51,757 nucleotides of DNA from Euprymna scolopes (Eukaryota): the NCBI GenBank assembly GCA_053919585.1, contig CM132801.1; one strand, written 5' to 3'. Each line of letters opens with the position of its first letter. The first letter of the stretch is position 1. The position numbers and the translations under genes are program-made. The notes under the pieces are model-generated. The model ran no database searches. It had not been told where the DNA came from and saw only the letters and a program-made list of their open reading frames with translations. Below are positions 46,731 to 51,757 of this stretch, one piece after another.

Positions 46731-47779
46731 TGAATGAAATAGGCTTTAAATAATTATTTATTGTTCAAACTAGACTACATAATTAAAAACAAAAACAAAA
46801 AAAATTGTTGTGAGATATGTTAGTTTATTCCCAATAACATGGTGCAAAAATAACAAATGGAAATTGGTTTGATTTGTCAGATTAACTGCTATTCAGGGCC
46901 AAATATTCAAAATCACATAGTATTCGCTGCCCAAATAAGATCTCACTATGACTAACTTACATCAGCTTTTACGAATAATGGTGCATCTTTTCCAAGTGAT
47001 GTTACCTCAAGTAATAGCACGAAGCTGGATACTCCACCAGGCTAGATAAATTCTTGTCCTGGAATCTAGTAAGACCAAGAGACCAAAACAAAAGATATAC
47101 TACAATATATGAAAATGGTTAATTGGGGAGAGGAAAATTATGTTCTTTATTTCTTTACTAACTCAGTGTTTGAGAGGTCAAGAAATTTAATGCAACATTC
47201 GAATATCTATGTATCTCATACAGAATTCAAGTGTTAACCCCAGGTAGTGGGCCCTTGATTTCTGAGAACTTCGACTTCAAAAAAGTTCAAATTTTAAGGA
47301 GAAAGACCGGTAATGAGATGGGTAGACACCCTACACAAAGATCTCTGTAAATACAGATTTTTTTTTTTTTACTTTAATTTAGGGGGCGTCTTTTGAGGAA
47401 TTTGGCAGCAAAATTATTGTTCACATTACTTTTAAATTTCTCGATATCAGGAAACCAGGAACCAGGAAGAGACTTCCAAAACCTAGCAGTTTGAGGAAAA
47501 AAAAAGCTAGTGGAGTAAAAAGTCAATATAATCATGTATATTAGATAACAATTAATAATAAATAGGCTTCATCTATTTAAAGTTAAAAAAAAGCAACTTC
47601 ATTTATTATTTATTATTGTTAGAAAGCTCTACCAGAAAGAATGTTGAACAATTTGTATGTGGTTATTTAATCCATTATCAAAAATACAGCATGACATGGG
47701 TGACATTTTGATATTAAAGTTTGTTAACTGAAAACAAATAAAATGAATATTTTTCTTCATTTGTTGCTGTTTTCCTTAC

Positions 47780-47847
47780 CTGCTGAAGAGTCAAAGTTGT
47801 CCTGACCAAGCGTTTCCTCCTCCCTCATTTTTTCTAATAAGTGACCC
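47780..47847 (-). CDS. Exon 2 of the centrosomin-family gene (GHLLEKMREEETLGQDNFDSSA)
   Basis: tctgttgcAG acceptor, CAG|GTAAGG donor, 68 nt, phase 2 to 1, compatible with exon 3. Confidence 0.75.
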
Positions 47848-49392
47848 CTGCAACAGAAATAACAAAAGAATGTTTGGATACTGCAATAAGAATTATACAA
47901 TCCTAGATGTATAAATAGGAATTCATCAACTAATCAAACAGCTGACGTGAAAATTATATTGTTTTATTGCATATACTAGCTGTTCCTAACCGACGTTTCC
48001 CTGGAAGTTTTTTTTTTTTTTTTTTTTTGGTTTCATTTATGTTTCATGTATTAGTTATCCTCCCTCTTTAATTGAAAAAAAAATGCTTTTTCTTTTAATT
48101 AATTTTTTTATAAGAACCTATTCATATTTTTGTAAAGATAATTCAATGCAGGAATATTTAACAAAATAAAAATAAAAACTCTTAATGCTTACACAGGATT
48201 TTTTTGGCCTCCTGACAAAAGAAGGTAGGACCTATAAATTCATCCTTGTCTGTTCGTCCATTTGTCCTTTCATTCTGTCTGCACTTTTCTCAATAACTAC
48301 GCCTTGGAATTTTTTGAAATTTTGTACAAACATTAAACATGATATGAGTAAAAAAGTAACAGAACGGATTTTCTGGAAAAACTCTTTAGGGTGCTTTCAG
48401 GTTAAAATGGCTAGTATTGACACTTTTGTGCTTATTAAAATAATTGATGCCTTGGATTTTTATAAAACTTTCTGAAAAATTGTAATTAACTGATTTCTAT
48501 ATAATTTTGTTAGTCTATACTTTGCGATAACTCTTAGGTGTGCCCCAGGGGCTCTTTTAGGGCTAATAAAAACACTCCATTTTTGGGACTATTTTACCAT
48601 ATTTGTCCAAAATTTTCTGTGCATGTCTATTTAGCAGTTTTGCTAAATGGAGCTGAACTTAAATTTAAATATATTAAGGCCTTGGGGACTTTTAGGGCTA
48701 AATGGGGTGGGGGCAAATGATGGACAGTGATTTCTTTTTTTGCATGGTGCAGAACTCAAATTTACATATGTTAAAACCTAAAACTGCACCGTTTGTTCAT
48801 TTTTACCAGGAAGCAAATGCTGAACAGTCATTTTTTTTATGTCTCGTTCACTGTGCACTCATGGGGGACCATGCATGCTTCACTTGTTTTTCTTGCAATC
48901 CACTCACAATGTAATTTACTAACTTTGCTTACGATTGAACTCATGTTACGTGTTACAAGTGACTTATCTCCCCTTTTCTCCATGTTACATAAATCTGCTT
49001 GATTAAAATTACATATTTGTGAATAAACTGAACGAGATGTCCATATGGTTTTGTGATAAAATTAATAGGACGTCTTACAAAATATTAAAATTTAGATCCT
49101 GTGGCAAAATATTTCTTTGTTTTGAGATGATTTATATTATTTGGATTATTCACTTATTTGCTCTTTCATTGATTTTAATAGTTTTTTTTTTAGTTCAAAT
49201 ACAAGGTAGATAACTCAATTCTGTCTTGCAAGTCGATTATGGAAAATGTTGTTTAATGTTCTTCAAAAGAATCTAGGGATTAGGTCTCACACCAGTTTTT
49301 AGGTTTTAATTTAGTACGTCGATGTGTAAACATTAACTACTACAAGGACATGTTGCCTTCACAAATGATTTTAATGATGTTTTAATACTTAA

Positions 49393-50415
49393 CTAGTGGG
49401 TCCTGTGGAAATTCCACAGAGGACTCATTCATATGTAATACATTCATGCTGGCATTTTGTAGTTGTTCAGCGTTAAAGGAAACACTCTGATATTATTGTA
49501 GCTCTTTTGTTAAAACTGCAAAAGTATTTATCTAAGCTAGCAGGGATGCCCGGCATAACCCAGTCTTAAAATACGCTTAAATATATTTTAATTCTTGCAG
49601 ATTTTGTATATATTATTAAAGAGTTAATGTTATATCGATTTTTATCTATAAATATAAAAGCGAAAATGTATGTATGTATGTATGTATGTATGTATGTGTG
49701 TTCGCTTTTTCTGTGTGTCAATAAAAAGCTTTTTTCAGAGAGGCGGTCGCTCTCTTCACAACTTTTTAAAACTTTTTATATCACATATAAATCGTAATAT
49801 CTCACAGTTAACAACGAAGCCGCCTGTCTATTTAATTTGCTCAATTTCGGGAAGATAACTATTCAATACTTGTCGCTCACCGCATGTGGGTTAGTCTTTT
49901 TCCTATAACATCTCTCTGAAGCGTTCAGCAGTAAATGAAATCCCACAGTCAAACTTGACCTCATTAACTCATTAAAACGGGCACCTGCTAAATCTAAGTA
50001 ATTAAATAAATTCAAACGTGTTTCCGTAACCATGTCGCGGTGGGGCAATCGTTAACGCCACACGTTTTTTGTTCACACTTTAATTTACAACTTTGCCTCA
50101 AGGGTTCGGTCCTCATGCTTACTTTTTTTTTTTTTAACCCCCCTCCCTCCAAACACCCGGGCAACGCCGGGTACCCCTCGATAGTATATTATAAATTGGA
50201 GATTTCAAAAATGAAAAAATACATCCATATGACTTTGGTTGAATCGAAACCAAAACATAAAATATAACACTTCAGCTCCTTCAGCTATAATCGAAACCGC
50301 GATCAAAACTTATGAAGAATTCTTGGTAAAATTATTTATTACAAGGAATGGAAGTCCATAACAATTAAACAACAGTCACTCGGATATAAGCGTGACACAC
50401 AAAATAAATAACACA
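49393..50415 (-). mobile_element. Helitron-like element with two successive 3' ends; sister of 36421-38820
   Basis: Outer hairpin ctgtggaatttccacag plus CTAG at 49393; inner hairpin plus CTAG at ~49538. Confidence 0.6.
49645..50184 (+). mobile_element. Non-autonomous Helitron-like element nested in the previous one
   Basis: A|TCtata start, (TATG)n, cccgggcaacgccggg hairpin, aTAG|T end. Confidence 0.72.
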
Positions 50416-51417
50416 ACGCTAATTTTTTAAGGTTTTATATTCATATTTAGAAATCGAATTTCATTTAATAAAAGACATATTTGTATGCACTGGTGTCGTG
50501 CTTTAATTGGCTAATACATACAGACAATGTCCTGTTTATCCATAAAAATGTACTTTTAATTTAAAAGAGTTAACACGGGAAAACGGGGAGATAAGTTAGT
50601 CGTAAAACTTAAAATGAATTCAATCCAACATAGAATCGTAAGCAAAGTCAGAAAATTACAGTGTGAGCGGATTACTAGAGAAAAGAAATCTTTTGTAGGC
50701 ATTAAAATGTTTTATTTTTATTTTGTTAAATATTATTACATAAGGAATTATTTCAAGTAAAAATCTCTTGAGGAATACACATTTTGTATTGAAAAATACA
50801 CACTTTAAATATGTAAACCATAGGTAAAGAATAACAAGTTATCCAATATGGCCGTCCATTTGGATAATTTGTAAAAAAAAAAAAAAAAAAAAACTCATTT
50901 TTTATGTTTTATTAAAATTCTGCTTGATAAGTTTCCGTAATTTTTTGGTGTAGATATCTATTTTTTTCCTGCTATGTAAGCATATCAAATGTCGAAAATT
51001 TCAGAAAAATTCAATGTGAAACGAATATCTTGTACAAAAAATAAAAGGGTGATATAAAGGGAGGGAGGGGGGGGGGTAAACGAATAAAATAGAAAGAGAT
51101 GTTGGTTTAAAATGAAGAAAAGATTTTATTTACAAATAGGTTGCAAATTTTTCCCTTTGTAGGTACTCAGAAGATAGAAACACTAGGTAAAAAAAAAAAA
51201 AAAAAAACAGCACAAAAATAAACAAACTGGTTCGTAAGTTATAAACGTCGCTATAATGAACGATTCCCATTAAAATGAAAATTAAGAACACGTACTCCCA
51301 AAATCATGCACACAGTAAAGTCAATGGAATGTACTCATAACGTTGTTGTTTTTTTAACTGTCAATTTAAAGACTTTGAAATTACTCCAAATTTCTTTCCC
51401 TCAAAATCCGTGCATAC

Positions 51418-51428
51418 CGTCGCCGCAT
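51418..51428 (-). CDS. Candidate first coding exon (ATG CGG CGA CG)
   Basis: GTATGC donor; phase 2 matches exon 2; the ATG is preceded directly by ttttatAG. Short, so it could be chance. Confidence 0.45.
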
Positions 51429-51620
51429 CTATAAAAGTTTTAAGGAAGTGTTCACAAAAAAAAGAATGTAAAAGTAAAAGCAAGATATATGCTTGATACC
51501 TACCCTAATCACGAAAACAATGTTATTCAAATCATTTTTCCCAGATTATATTTCTGTTTACTGTTTCGTTTTTTTATGCACAAAAATAGCGTAAATACAA
51601 GAAAAAAAAAATGATTTTTA

Positions 51621-51690
51621 TTACGTCACTGAATAATGACGTCAATCATAATTTGTTCATTTTTTAAACAATTCTCGCTTTATGACGTCA
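51621..51690. promoter_or_regulatory. CRE/ATF motif cluster (candidate promoter of the minus-strand gene)
   Basis: TTACGTCA at 51621, TGACGTCA at 51637 and TGACGTCA at 51683. Confidence 0.45.
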
Positions 51691-51757
51691 TTGAGTTTTG
51701 TAAATAAATACAGATTTAATTTTTTTTTTTTTTACTTTTTTTGTACTTTACTACACT

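Overview
AT-rich, microsatellite-rich animal genomic DNA; the repeat styles are reminiscent of a coleoid cephalopod or other lophotrochozoan, which is an inference only. One host gene can be reconstructed by hand on the minus strand. It has 7 phase-compatible coding exons (51418-51428, 47780-47847, 44710-44771, 36239-36328, 34095-34249, 31473-31585, 24119-25923; 2304 nt, 767 aa) and encodes a centrosomin/CDK5RAP2/myomegalin-family protein. Its CM1 (gamma-TuNA) motif carries Cys at the normally invariant Phe (CDK5RAP2 F75), and the protein ends in a large low-complexity terminal exon. The rest is mostly mobile DNA: a decayed CsRN1-clade Gypsy LTR element (8930-17445) with an intact single-ORF CR1-like LINE nested antisense inside it, two mariners, several MITEs, many non-autonomous Helitrons, and RTE and Penelope remnants. 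The most unusual signals are (i) a ~190-bp SINE-like family with a U2 snRNA-derived head folded back on itself (7 copies, three of them stacked at one 15-bp target) and (ii) a series of hammerhead-ribozyme motifs in Penelope-type termini, one directly fused to a tRNA-Asp-like head. There is an assembly gap at 37749-37881.
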